Positions 37,310-47,745 of a stretch of DNA of 64,000 bases are shown here, in pieces; within the stretch, counting starts at the first letter, position 1, and each line of letters begins with the position of its first letter. Under the pieces are notes generated by a model. It was given only the letters and a program-made list of their open reading frames with translations, was not told the DNA's origin and searched no databases. Position numbers and translations under genes: made by a program. Source of the stretch: a virus; IMG/VR virus record IMGVR_UViG_3300022074_000012, positions 30,872-94,871 of that record; one strand, 5' to 3'.

Positions 37310-38746
37310 ATGGCACTATCCACCTCCAGAACAGTTGTTACCAATACTGGTTTAAGTACTCACGATCATTTTAGAGTTAGAGATCTTATATCTGTTGGTG
37401 TTGCAACCTTTTCTAATTTTAAAACTGGATCTACAAACGTTCATAGTGTAGGAGTTGAAGCTGCTGGAATAAATGTTCTTGGTGGAGACACTCCTATTGG
37501 TACAGGATCAACAATATATGATGACGGTGGAGCAAGATTTAGTGGTGTAGTTACTGCGACATCATTTCATGGTGACATATCACAAGCAACTGGTGCAGCT
37601 GCTGGATTAGGAACTGCTTTATCACAGACACAAACAGATCCATTAAATAAAATTTATTACACAAATAAAGTTTTAAGTATATCCACCACAACTACAATTG
37701 ATCACCCTGCTACTGCTAATCCTGCTTATACTCAGTATAGTGATATAAAAATTGAAGACGGTCATGATTTAATAATAAAAACTGATGATGATTTTAAGTA
37801 TGATATTCTTGGAATATCAACGACTGCATTAGTATCCGCATCATCAGGTGGTGGTGGTTTGAGTGGAAATTTAACTGGTAATGTAACTGGTAATGTAATT
37901 GGTAATGTAATTGGTAATGTAACTGGTAATGTAACTGGTAATGTAAACAACTCAACTCTTTTACTTCAAACTGGAGGTACAGAAAGACTTCGCATCTCAT
38001 CAGATGGCACGGTATCCATTGGAAATAATCCTACTGTTCCTTCTAATACTTTTTTTCACGTTCAAAAACCATCTGGTGAAACTAATGTAATATTTGAAGG
38101 TAGTGATACATTAGGAGCGAGACTTTCATTACAAAATAATATTCCCTCTGGAACTTCGATTAATCAAATTGATTTTTGTGATGCAGGTGGTGAGTCCACA
38201 AGTTCTATAAAAGGTTTTAACACTAATCAAACACAAAATTATGGAGACTTAGCATTTTTTACAAGAAATAGTTCAGGTCAACCTCCAACTGAAAGAATGC
38301 GTATCACAAAGGAAGGATATATAACAAAACCATATCTTCCTGCATTTTCAGGTTATATTAGTTCTGCTCATAACTCCGCAAGACAGAATCAAGGTGCTCA
38401 AATAATGCCATTTGATACAATGTACTTTAACACAGGTGGTCATTTTAACTTAACTGGAAGTAATCAATATAAATTCGTTGCACCCGTTGCTGGCGTATAT
38501 TATTTCTCAGTTTCACAGAATCATACAGGTAGAGTTGATACAAGACTGAAGAAAAATAACTCAGAATTTCATGGTGGTGAAAATGAACATGATACTGCTG
38601 CCAATTGGGAACATCATTTTATAGCTGCTGCTATCGACTTAGATGTTGGTGATTTAGTTCATGTAGAAACTAATTTACAAGATGGTAGTCGATATGCTTG
38701 GAACTCTGGTTACTGGGAAAACTTTACTGGATACCTAATAGGATAA
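37310..38746 (+). CDS. Tail fibre with GNVT repeats and C1q-like C-terminus
   Basis: TERLRI/TERMRI modules; FVAPVAGVYYF...LDVGDLV. Confidence 0.7.
   Translation: MALSTSRTVVTNTGLSTHDHFRVRDLISVGVATFSNFKTGSTNVHSVGVEAAGINVLGGDTPIGTGSTIYDDGGARFSGVVTATSFHGDISQATGAAAGLGTALSQTQTDPLNKIYYTNKVLSISTTTTIDHPATANPAYTQYSDIKIEDGHDLIIKTDDDFKYDILGISTTALVSASSGGGGLSGNLTGNVTGNVIGNVIGNVTGNVTGNVNNSTLLLQTGGTERLRISSDGTVSIGNNPTVPSNTFFHVQKPSGETNVIFEGSDTLGARLSLQNNIPSGTSINQIDFCDAGGESTSSIKGFNTNQTQNYGDLAFFTRNSSGQPPTERMRITKEGYITKPYLPAFSGYISSAHNSARQNQGAQIMPFDTMYFNTGGHFNLTGSNQYKFVAPVAGVYYFSVSQNHTGRVDTRLKKNNSEFHGGENEHDTAANWEHHFIAAAIDLDVGDLVHVETNLQDGSRYAWNSGYWENFTGYLIG
37865..37948 (+). repeat. 12-bp tandem repeat x7 (GGTAATGTAA[C/T]T)
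   Basis: Encodes GNLT-GNVT-GNVI-GNVI-GNVT-GNVT-GNVN. Confidence 0.9.
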
Positions 38747-38765
38747 ATAACTAAAAAGCATAATC

Positions 38766-39668
38766 ATGTCGAGATTAAGAGCAAATCAAATAACAAATGA
38801 GAATGCCAACGGTGCACCTAATTTTCCACATGGTTTAACCGTAACTGGTATTGTCACAGCAACCACTTCTGCCACAACGATGTCACAAATCGTTGTTGGT
38901 TCAGCGGTCACTGCAAATTCACAAGGTATAGATGTTACTGGTATTGTAACTGCAACAACTGTTAAAGTCGGAAGTGCTATATCTGCAACAGATGGTGGTG
39001 TAGCTGCCACAAGATTTTATGGAGATGGTTCCTCATTAACTGGATTAGAATCTGGTTTTACTTCTATGCAAGTTTTCACAACTGCTGGAAGTGCCACTTA
39101 TACAAAACCAAGTGGTATAACTTTAATTAAAGTGACGGTAACTGCTGGTGGTGCTTCTGGTGCAGGTGGAGCAAACTCTAATGAAGATTATGGTTCTGGA
39201 GGTGGTGCAGGTGGCACATCAATTAAAGTTATAGATGCCTCATCTATTAATACTGAAACAGTAACAGTCGGTGCTGGTGGTGCAGGAGTCAATAATACTG
39301 GTAGTGGTAATGCTGGAGGTGCTTCCTCATTTGGTTCCCACTGTTCTGCAACTGGTGGTGGGGTAGGAAGGCACGGAAACGCAGGTCAAGTTAGAGGTGG
39401 TGCAGGTGGAACTGGTTCTGGTGGTAACATAAATCTCACTGGTGGAGCTGGTGCTGGTGGTTTTGATAACCAAGTTGGTACTCATGCCTCTGGTGGTATG
39501 GGAGGCGCATCTTATTTTGGTGGTGCAGGTTTAGGTTTAGCAAACTCAAACAACCCTAGTGGAACTCCAGAGGATGGTACAAACGGTGGTGGTGGAGGTG
39601 GTGCTGCTAACACACTCAATTCTGGTGATGGTGGTGCAGGAATCGTAGTAGTAGAGGAATTTAAGTAA
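38766..39668 (+). CDS. Fibre-tip protein with glycine-rich (polyglycine) domain
   Basis: N-terminus nearly identical to 823; GGGAGG-rich C-terminus ending GIVVVEEF. Confidence 0.7.
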   Translation: MSRLRANQITNENANGAPNFPHGLTVTGIVTATTSATTMSQIVVGSAVTANSQGIDVTGIVTATTVKVGSAISATDGGVAATRFYGDGSSLTGLESGFTSMQVFTTAGSATYTKPSGITLIKVTVTAGGASGAGGANSNEDYGSGGGAGGTSIKVIDASSINTETVTVGAGGAGVNNTGSGNAGGASSFGSHCSATGGGVGRHGNAGQVRGGAGGTGSGGNINLTGGAGAGGFDNQVGTHASGGMGGASYFGGAGLGLANSNNPSGTPEDGTNGGGGGGAANTLNSGDGGAGIVVVEEFK

Positions 39669-39985
39669 TGGCAAAAAAAATTCTAGTTAAAAGTGGTGTA
39701 GTTCAAGATGTTTCAGATGCAGTATTTCCAGTGCATCCAGATGCAGGAACTTGGAAAGATTGTTCAAACGATAATGTTAAAAAGGATTGGACGGTTAATG
39801 CAGACAACTCTGTTAGTGAACCTGTAAATCCAGAAGAAACTTATGCTGAAAAAAGAGTGAGGGAATATCCTCAACTTGGTGATGTTATTGATGCTTTATT
39901 TAAAAAAGAGGCAGGTAACAGTTCTGAATGGGATGCTTTAGTTACTTCAAGAGCAAATACTAAAACTAAGTATCCTAAATCCTAG
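39668..39985 (+). CDS. Fibre-associated/chaperone-like protein
   Basis: YAEKRVREYPQLGDVIDALF...KTKYPK motif. Confidence 0.55.
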   Translation: MAKKILVKSGVVQDVSDAVFPVHPDAGTWKDCSNDNVKKDWTVNADNSVSEPVNPEETYAEKRVREYPQLGDVIDALFKKEAGNSSEWDALVTSRANTKTKYPKS

Positions 39986-40032
39986 TTGATGCAACTGGAT
40001 ACTTTTTATTATAATAATTTTGTTTTTATATT

Positions 40033-40578
40033 ATGGTTAAGATTATAAATCAACTTTTACCTGATGTGTTTCATAATCGTCTTTTAACAATTTTAGATGA
40101 TGAAGATAGATCATTTAATTGGTTTTGGAATAACACAACTGCAGAAAATGTAAATGGTGAACCTTTAGATAGTAATTTTATGTTTACTCATCTTTTATAT
40201 AATAAAGATAAAAATATCAAATCACCTTATTTTGAAACATTTTTTCCAATAGTTTATTTTTTAGAAGGACATATACCTATCAATAATCTTTATCGTATGA
40301 AGTTGAATCTATATCCAAATCAAGGTAAAAAAATAATACATGCAAAACATATAGATTTAAGAAGTGAAGTAACTAAAAAACCTTTAGAAAACTGTACAAT
40401 CACAATTTTAAATTTTACGACTTGTAATGGTGGAACAATTATTGGTGAGGAAAAATATTTATCACAAGGCAATCAAGCATTAAGTTTTGATAATAAAATA
40501 GAACATCAAGGATTTACTCAAACAGATACACCACGAAGAATAATATTAAATATAGCAACGACTAATCCGACTAAATAA
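40033..40578 (+). CDS. 2OG-Fe(II) oxygenase-like protein
   Basis: HID (HxD), NGGT, FD..IEHQG, RIILN; TTGATG-N18-TATAAT upstream. Confidence 0.6.
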   Translation: MVKIINQLLPDVFHNRLLTILDDEDRSFNWFWNNTTAENVNGEPLDSNFMFTHLLYNKDKNIKSPYFETFFPIVYFLEGHIPINNLYRMKLNLYPNQGKKIIHAKHIDLRSEVTKKPLENCTITILNFTTCNGGTIIGEEKYLSQGNQALSFDNKIEHQGFTQTDTPRRIILNIATTNPTK

Positions 40579-40592
40579 CTAAAAATAATATA

Positions 40593-41357
40593 ATGCCATA
40601 CTTAGGTCGAGAACTCACATCAGGTAATTATCTTAAGCTAGATGATATATCATCTCAGTTTAATGGATCTACTGTCACTTTTCAATTGAAGAGTGGTGGT
40701 AGTGATTTTTTTCCTGGCTCATCATTCTCTCTCCTAGTATCAGTTGCAGGTGTAATCCAAGAAGCAGATTCTGCATATCAGATAAACAATAATGAAATAA
40801 CTTTTGCGACAGCACCTGCAAATGCTGATGATGCTTTTATCATAGTTCTTGGTCTTGCATTAGGAGTTGGAGTTCCTGCTGATGGTACAGTTGGACTTAC
40901 ACAATTAAATGATACTGCAAAGTTAGGTATATCAACATCTAATTCTAACAACACATCAACTGTAAAAGTAGGTGGTGGAGTCACCTCTCTTAATTTTGCA
41001 GGTCCAGGTGTTACAACTGCGTTTGTGACAAATGGTATTGCTACAGTATTTGTTCAAGGTGGAGGTGGCAGTGGTGTTGGTGCTGCTGGTACTTGGGCTT
41101 CTGATGAAGTTGGTGTTGCTACAAGTAAAGTTGTTGGTGTTGGTACAGCACAGGCAGTCGGTACAGCAAACTCAGAAGGTGCATTACAGGCACTTGGTAA
41201 TATTGCAATTACCGATGGTGCACTTCTAATTGACAATGACATCAGCAGTAGTATAAACGTACCTGCTGGTAAGAATGGTTTATTAATTGGTACGGTCAAT
41301 GTTGCAGTCGGAGCAACAATTGATGTTGCAACAGGTTCAGTTTTAGTGGTGGTGTAG
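40593..41357 (+). CDS. Fibre/adapter structural protein
   Basis: MPYLG, LDDISSQFNG, ITFATAP; C-terminal GSVLVVV module. Confidence 0.65.
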   Translation: MPYLGRELTSGNYLKLDDISSQFNGSTVTFQLKSGGSDFFPGSSFSLLVSVAGVIQEADSAYQINNNEITFATAPANADDAFIIVLGLALGVGVPADGTVGLTQLNDTAKLGISTSNSNNTSTVKVGGGVTSLNFAGPGVTTAFVTNGIATVFVQGGGGSGVGAAGTWASDEVGVATSKVVGVGTAQAVGTANSEGALQALGNIAITDGALLIDNDISSSINVPAGKNGLLIGTVNVAVGATIDVATGSVLVVV

Positions 41358-41358
41358 T

Positions 41359-42648
41359 ATGGCATATCTAGGTAATCGTAATGCATCAGGAGAGAATAAT
41401 AGTTTTAAGATCTTAGATGATCTTGCATTTACTACAACCTTTAATGGTTCTGATGGAAATGTAGTAAATCATTCTGCTGATACAATCACAATTAATAATC
41501 ATAGATTTTTAACAGGATCAAGAGTCACATATACGAATGGTGGTGGTGGAAATATTACGGGACTGACAAATGGAACTGTATATTTTACAATCAAGGTAGA
41601 TCATAATACAATCAAGTTAGCAACAAATGCATCAAACGCAAATTCTGGAACTGCAATTAATATCACAGGTACTGGAACTGGTATCTCACATACACTAAGT
41701 GTTGCATTTGATGGAGTCAATACAAAGTTTGTAGCAACATATGATGGTGGTACAAAAGCACAGATGACAAGAGCAGCTCAGTTGTTCTTATCTCATAATG
41801 GTGTCATACAAAGACCACATGATTCAACATCTCCTGCAAATGGATATGGTATTGACTCAAATGGATCTGTAGTTGTATTCTCAGCAGCACCTTCTTCTTC
41901 TGATGTAATCTTTGGAAATCTTGTCGCAAATAATTTCCCAACATTTGACATCTCAGATAATAAGGTAGATACATTCACTGCTGATGGAAGCACTACAACT
42001 TATACTTTATCAAGAGCAGTTGTTAATAACGATAATATATTAGTTGCATTAGATGGTGTGATGCAGTATCCATCTGATTCACAAAACACAAGATCATATA
42101 ATGTATCAGGCACAGGATCTAATTCACTTACCTTCGCATCTGCACCTGCACAAGGAACAGTCATTCACGTAAGACACATTGGTTTTGCTGGTGCATCTAC
42201 TGCAAATGTAACTGGTGTATTTGGTAGAAGTGGTAATGTAACTCTAATAGATTCAGACCCAGTTGTTGGTATTCAATCTGGTGGATTGGGAATTGGAACA
42301 GTTCGTACATTAAACTTTATCGGTGCTGGTAATACTGTTCAAGTTAGAGGTAATGTAATTGATGTTAGTATCGCAGGTGGTGGAGGAGCAAGTGTTTGGA
42401 CTACATCAATCACTGGTATTCAAACTTCTTCTGCAATTGTTGGTGTCGGAACAGATGACGCAGGTGATGCTGACTTACAAGGTATAGGTAATTCTGCAAG
42501 AGGACTTTATATTAGTAATGGTATGATACTATATGATAATGCAATCAATGGTAATCATTATATTGGAACATCAATGAACGGTCTGATGGCAGGTCCTGTA
42601 TCAGTCAACGGTGTTCTGAATGTTGATGGTAATTTTGTGGTGGTATAA
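41359..42648 (+). CDS. Fibre/adapter structural protein
   Basis: MAYLG, FSAAP/FASAP repeats; C-terminal MAGPV...GNFVVV. Confidence 0.65.
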   Translation: MAYLGNRNASGENNSFKILDDLAFTTTFNGSDGNVVNHSADTITINNHRFLTGSRVTYTNGGGGNITGLTNGTVYFTIKVDHNTIKLATNASNANSGTAINITGTGTGISHTLSVAFDGVNTKFVATYDGGTKAQMTRAAQLFLSHNGVIQRPHDSTSPANGYGIDSNGSVVVFSAAPSSSDVIFGNLVANNFPTFDISDNKVDTFTADGSTTTYTLSRAVVNNDNILVALDGVMQYPSDSQNTRSYNVSGTGSNSLTFASAPAQGTVIHVRHIGFAGASTANVTGVFGRSGNVTLIDSDPVVGIQSGGLGIGTVRTLNFIGAGNTVQVRGNVIDVSIAGGGGASVWTTSITGIQTSSAIVGVGTDDAGDADLQGIGNSARGLYISNGMILYDNAINGNHYIGTSMNGLMAGPVSVNGVLNVDGNFVVV

Positions 42649-42659
42649 TAAATAAAGAT

Positions 42660-44285
42660 ATGACAGTAATTAGACCAAATAGTATATCAGGAGTTTCAAG
42701 TATCACTGCTAATGGTGGTGATATAAATGTTTTTCGTGCTGATGGATTAAAAGGTGATGTTTTTATTAATAATATAACTGGAGTAGCAGCTACTTTTACT
42801 AACATATCTGCTGGTAGTTCGGTGACTGCTGTAACTTTTCATGGGTCTGGAGCAAACTTAACTACCTTAAACGCAGATAATTTATCAACTGGATCAGTTC
42901 CAAGTGCAAGAATAACACAAGGTAGTGTGACTCAATATGTAACTCCTTTTGATGATGATAATATTGTGAATGATATTTCGACACTTGCCTTAAAAGTAAG
43001 TGCACTTGAAAATTCAACAGCTTCAAATACAAATTCTACCTTTGCAGATACTTATCAAGATACTGCTGGTGTTACAGCACTTACTAATGTTGCAAGGACA
43101 AGTACTGATTTTATTGCATCAGTATATTCAGTAACTACATCATACGATTTAAATGTTGCTGGTACACACGGTCAACCTCAATTATTTGGTTTAAATACTC
43201 GAAATGCGACAAGAAATTCTTATTCTTGGACTAATGATCAAGTAAGAGGATCAAATCCTGGTGCTTCTTCGACATATGGTTCTACTGTAACTGATTTTGC
43301 ATTTGATTTATCTGGTGACTTTACTCACTTTGTTTGGTGGCAAAGTAATACAGTTGGTTCTCTTAGTGTTGGTGCATACCCATCAAATGGTGCTGTTATA
43401 CTTCCTGTAACAACCGTAACGTCAGGTACAGCTCCAACTCTAAGTGGAAGTAGTATTTTTACTGTCAACTCTACAACACAGGCAGCTCTGCAACAAAATC
43501 AAAGTGGAGCAGGATCATATGGACCTCAAGATAATAGTGTAAATAATACCTTACAAAATAGTTTTTCAAGTGCAGCATATTCATCTTTAAATATTGCAAG
43601 CATACCTGCCTCAGATCATAATGGAAATTCAGCAGTAACTCGTGATTACTCAGCTAATGCTAATGCATATGGTTATTTTGTATCAAGTTATCATAATGGT
43701 AATGGTGGAAATGGTGCTGATGGTTCACCTTATGGTATAAAATGGCAATATACAAGAGCAACAAATACTATGATTATGGGATATGTGAAAAATGCATCTG
43801 GTGATTTTAAAAATGACACTAAAATAACAATTACTAATCTACCTACATCTGGTAGAGTGATTTGTTTTGCTGGTAATGCTTCATCAACTACTAACTATTT
43901 CAGTTTAAGAAACAGTGCAGGAGTTAATGGGACTGGTAGTTTTCTCGAATCAGCCACAAATGCTACTGGTTCTTATCAAAGTGTCACGATTAATGCTGCT
44001 GCCACAACTTCAAAAATGGGAGTCGTTATTACTTATGTTGATCATGCAGGAACAGCAACAATAAACACTGACTTAAAAGTTTTCTTATCAGCAAATAATG
44101 GTACAAACTATACTCAAGTGACTTTAGTTGCACAACCTAATTTTGCAACTGGAGTTAAGATGGCAAAAGCAAATGATGTCACCATATCAAACACAGGAAC
44201 TCAATTAAAGTATAAGGTCGAATTTGCAAATCAGGCATCAGGAAGTAAAGAAACAAGAGTCACTGGTGTGTCACTTCAATACTAG
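42660..44285 (+). CDS. Tail fibre/adhesin
   Basis: FHGSGANLT module; Ser/Thr/Asn-rich beta domains. Confidence 0.65.
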   Translation: MTVIRPNSISGVSSITANGGDINVFRADGLKGDVFINNITGVAATFTNISAGSSVTAVTFHGSGANLTTLNADNLSTGSVPSARITQGSVTQYVTPFDDDNIVNDISTLALKVSALENSTASNTNSTFADTYQDTAGVTALTNVARTSTDFIASVYSVTTSYDLNVAGTHGQPQLFGLNTRNATRNSYSWTNDQVRGSNPGASSTYGSTVTDFAFDLSGDFTHFVWWQSNTVGSLSVGAYPSNGAVILPVTTVTSGTAPTLSGSSIFTVNSTTQAALQQNQSGAGSYGPQDNSVNNTLQNSFSSAAYSSLNIASIPASDHNGNSAVTRDYSANANAYGYFVSSYHNGNGGNGADGSPYGIKWQYTRATNTMIMGYVKNASGDFKNDTKITITNLPTSGRVICFAGNASSTTNYFSLRNSAGVNGTGSFLESATNATGSYQSVTINAAATTSKMGVVITYVDHAGTATINTDLKVFLSANNGTNYTQVTLVAQPNFATGVKMAKANDVTISNTGTQLKYKVEFANQASGSKETRVTGVSLQY

Positions 44286-44293
44286 GTAAAAAA

Positions 44294-44719
44294 ATGGGAA
44301 TACAACTAAACGGAATTACAGGAGATATAACCACACCAGGTGACGTTGGTATTGGTGGTACACTAACCTATGAAGACGTAACGAATGTAGACTCAGTTGG
44401 TGTCATCACTGCAAGAGATGGTATAAGATGTACAGGTATTGTCACTGCGACTGCATTTCATGGTGATGGTGCAAACTTAACAGGAGTGAGTGGATTTTCA
44501 ACTGCACTTGGTAATACCGAAGGAACACTTGATAATCTAATATTTAAAACACCAGAAGCATTTACAATTGGTTCTGGCACATCAATCAGAATTGAGTCTG
44601 ATAATATGTCAGGCAATACAGCATTTACAAGATTGAGTAAAATTAATGTCTCGACAGGTGCAACCTTTCACGTATCTGCTGGCACTACATTTATTATGAA
44701 TGTATTGAATGTATTCTAA
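44294..44719 (+). CDS. Short fibre adapter protein
   Basis: GTLTYEDVTNVDSVGVITAR module plus a short beta C-terminus. Confidence 0.6.
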   Translation: MGIQLNGITGDITTPGDVGIGGTLTYEDVTNVDSVGVITARDGIRCTGIVTATAFHGDGANLTGVSGFSTALGNTEGTLDNLIFKTPEAFTIGSGTSIRIESDNMSGNTAFTRLSKINVSTGATFHVSAGTTFIMNVLNVF

Positions 44720-44742
44720 CTAAATAAAAAAAAAGATTTAAA

Positions 44743-45381
44743 ATGTCTGAAGTCAGAGTTGACAACATAACAGGAGAAAATAAAACTGATGCAGTTAAGT
44801 TTACCAAAGGTATTACTGTAACTGGTATTGCCACTGTTGGAAATGTATCGGTTGGAAGTTCTGTGACTGCTGGTACTCTTTTTGGAAATGGTGCAGGAAT
44901 AACAGGTTTAACTTCAGGTAAATTAATAAAGAAATCATTTTATACCATTACTAGACAATCTATCGCTTCTCCAGCATCATTCCCAAATGATGATACTGCT
45001 CCTCAAATAGATGAGGGAATTGAATTCTTTTCTCAGGCATATACACCAAGCACCGCTAATTGTGATTTATATATTTTTTGCACTGCTGGTATAAGGGAAC
45101 GTACAAACGTAGCAGACGATGTAGGTATGGCATTATTCATAAGTGATAATACAAGTGCATTAAGAGTAGTAACTGAATATAATTCAGGTGGTGGTGCTGC
45201 TCATGGTGCTATTTTAACTATTGCTCATAAAATGCCATCTTGGGGTGTGTCGGCAAAAACATTTTCACTTCGCACACATAAAGCTAATTCAGTAAATTTT
45301 GCAGCATTCGGGTACGCACAAGAAAAATATGGAGCATCAACTCATGCATCCTTATTCAGTATTGAAGAAATTTCAACTTAA
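44743..45381 (+). CDS. Short adhesin paralogue 1
   Basis: MSEVRVDNI..., PQIDEG..FFSQAYTPS, ends IEEIST. Confidence 0.65.
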   Translation: MSEVRVDNITGENKTDAVKFTKGITVTGIATVGNVSVGSSVTAGTLFGNGAGITGLTSGKLIKKSFYTITRQSIASPASFPNDDTAPQIDEGIEFFSQAYTPSTANCDLYIFCTAGIRERTNVADDVGMALFISDNTSALRVVTEYNSGGGAAHGAILTIAHKMPSWGVSAKTFSLRTHKANSVNFAAFGYAQEKYGASTHASLFSIEEIST

Positions 45382-45386
45382 TTAAA

Positions 45387-46028
45387 ATGTCAGAGATTAA
45401 AACTACAAAGATAATAGGAGAAACTGGTGTTGATGCAGTCAATTTTACTAGTGGTCTAAACGTAACTGGCGTATCTACTGCCACAAATGTATCAGTCGCA
45501 AGTTCTGTTACTGCTGGTACTCTTTTTGGAAATGGTGCAGGATTGACAAATGCTGGTGGAGGAATTTTATTAAAAAGGACAGCTTATAATATTACTAGAC
45601 AAGCTATGACTCATGCTACTTTTCCATCTGATGATACTATTCCACAAATAGATGAAGGAACTCAGTTCTTTTCACAGGCATATACACCAAGCAACCATCC
45701 CTGCGATATAGTTATTACTGCAACTTGTAGAGTAGGTGAAACTTCTAACGTAGCTAATGAAATGGCTATAGCATTATATGTAAACGACAGCACGGATGCC
45801 TTACGAGTGGTGAGTGGATTAAGTAATCCTAGAAGCAGTATTCATTGTTCTAATATGCTTCTTCTTCATAAAATGTCATCTTGGAGTGGTGCAAAAACTT
45901 TATCACTTCGAGGATCTGGAGGAAATGCTATAAATTATGCAGCTGGTGGTTATGACACATATGATAAACAATATTTTGGAGATGCAACTCATTCAACATT
46001 ATTCATCATTGAAGAAATATCAACTTAA
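45387..46028 (+). CDS. Short adhesin paralogue 2
   Basis: Same architecture as 44743. Confidence 0.65.
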   Translation: MSEIKTTKIIGETGVDAVNFTSGLNVTGVSTATNVSVASSVTAGTLFGNGAGLTNAGGGILLKRTAYNITRQAMTHATFPSDDTIPQIDEGTQFFSQAYTPSNHPCDIVITATCRVGETSNVANEMAIALYVNDSTDALRVVSGLSNPRSSIHCSNMLLLHKMSSWSGAKTLSLRGSGGNAINYAAGGYDTYDKQYFGDATHSTLFIIEEIST

Positions 46029-46033
46029 CTAAA

Positions 46034-46672
46034 ATGTCAGAAATCAGAGTCGAAAACATAATAGGAGAAACTGGTGTTGATGCAGTTCAGTTAACAAAAG
46101 GCATCAATACAACTGAAACTCTCACTAGCACAAATGTATCAGCCGCAAGTTCTGTAACTGCTTCTACCTTTCATGGAAATGGTGCAGGAATAACAGGTGT
46201 AACTTCAGGTGCATTACTAAGAAAATCATTTTACACAATTCCTAGATCAAGTATTGCTTCACACGCATCTTGGCCGTATGATAATACTATTCCACAAATA
46301 ACTGAGGGGGTAGGATTTTTTTCCCAAGCATATACACCATCCACTGCCAACTGTGATTTATATATTTACTGCTCTGCTGGTATAAGAGAACGCTCAAACA
46401 TAGCAGATGATGGGGGTATGGGATTGTTCATCAGTGACAGCACGGATGCATTAAGAGTAGTAACTAGTTACATGTCAGGATACCATAATGGAGAACATCT
46501 TCATCTGTATCACAAAATGCCATCTTGGGGTGTATCAGAAAAAACATTTTCACTTCGATGTCATAAAATGAATGCGATAAATTATCAGGCAGTATATAAT
46601 GGTTTTTTCCAAGAGAAATTTTCAGCAGATGCTTCTGCAACCTTATTCATAGTTGAAGAAATTGCTACTTAA
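46034..46672 (+). CDS. Short adhesin paralogue 3
   Basis: Same architecture as 44743. Confidence 0.65.
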   Translation: MSEIRVENIIGETGVDAVQLTKGINTTETLTSTNVSAASSVTASTFHGNGAGITGVTSGALLRKSFYTIPRSSIASHASWPYDNTIPQITEGVGFFSQAYTPSTANCDLYIYCSAGIRERSNIADDGGMGLFISDSTDALRVVTSYMSGYHNGEHLHLYHKMPSWGVSEKTFSLRCHKMNAINYQAVYNGFFQEKFSADASATLFIVEEIAT

Positions 46673-46691
46673 GTAAACAATAAATAATTAA

Positions 46692-47012
46692 ATGGCATCA
46701 GAAATTAGAGTAAATAAAATAACGCACACCGCAGGTGTTGGTACAATCACAACCAACGTCGATGGTATTGTTGTTGCTGGTATTGTTACTGCAAATAGTT
46801 TTAGTGGTAATGGTTCTGGTTTAACAGGAGTCACCTCTCCAGAGGTGTATGGTTTCACTGGAATTGGAAGTAATTTACAAATAACAACAACCAATGGAGG
46901 TGCTGATAATATTACTAGTGCTCAGTACGATGCGTTTGAACAAGTATTGTTCGCACCATCAGGTATAACTTTCAGTATAAATAACAATGGGAATCTAATC
47001 GCAAGCTTCTGA
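46692..47012 (+). CDS. Short fibre linker protein
   Basis: MASEIRVNKI, FSGNGSGLTG, ends FSINNNGNLIASF. Confidence 0.6.
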   Translation: MASEIRVNKITHTAGVGTITTNVDGIVVAGIVTANSFSGNGSGLTGVTSPEVYGFTGIGSNLQITTTNGGADNITSAQYDAFEQVLFAPSGITFSINNNGNLIASF

Positions 47013-47013
47013 C

Positions 47014-47742
47014 ATGGCAACAATTGATTTAGGAAAAATAAAACAGGTTTTTCGAGGGACGTATAATAATGCAACAGCATACGCCGTCGATGATTTAGTT
47101 ACGTTTACAGATGGTCAAATAACCTCAACTTATATCTGTACGACTGCATCAACGGGTAACAATCCATCGTCAGGTGGAACAGCACATGCAAACTGGGCAT
47201 TTATTGCAAAGGGTGTTGCAGATCCAATACCCTCTCAATCTGGTCAGTCAGGTAAATTTTTAACAACAAATGGATCGGCTTTGTCATTTGGTGAAGCTGG
47301 TGCTGGAAAACTTTTAAAGATACATCATGCTACAACAGGTACAACAGTTAACGTAACCACTCCAACAAGAGCTGACACAGGTTTAACCGTAACTTTTACA
47401 CCAGAGGCACTTGGTAGCACATTTTTTGTTCTAGCTCAACAATTTGGTTTAAACGGTGTAACTAACGATCAGACTCTCTTTAATTTATATATGATGAGGT
47501 CTATTGCTGGTGGAACTGCAACTGAATTAGAGGAATGGTATTATCTTGGAGATTGGAACTCAAATCATAGATCGTATCATTGTTCTGTATTAGGATATAA
47601 AGATACACCTACTTATACATCAGGGCAGACTCTTAATTATCACATTGAAGTAGGATTTTACACAGGTAACTATGCACTAAATTATAGTGCTCAGAATGGG
47701 CAATTAAAGAGTACAATTTATGTATATGAAATGGGAGCATAA
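47014..47742 (+). CDS. Short fibre/adhesin
   Basis: MATIDLGKIK..GTYNNATAYAVDD; PSQSGQSGKFLTTNGS; ends YEMGA. Confidence 0.6.
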   Translation: MATIDLGKIKQVFRGTYNNATAYAVDDLVTFTDGQITSTYICTTASTGNNPSSGGTAHANWAFIAKGVADPIPSQSGQSGKFLTTNGSALSFGEAGAGKLLKIHHATTGTTVNVTTPTRADTGLTVTFTPEALGSTFFVLAQQFGLNGVTNDQTLFNLYMMRSIAGGTATELEEWYYLGDWNSNHRSYHCSVLGYKDTPTYTSGQTLNYHIEVGFYTGNYALNYSAQNGQLKSTIYVYEMGA

Positions 47743-47745
47743 ACA

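Noticed and set aside
44743-46672. Diversity-generating retroelement or invertase shufflon
   Set aside because: No reverse transcriptase or recombinase is in the window, there is no adenine-specific TR/VR pair, and all cassettes are on one strand.
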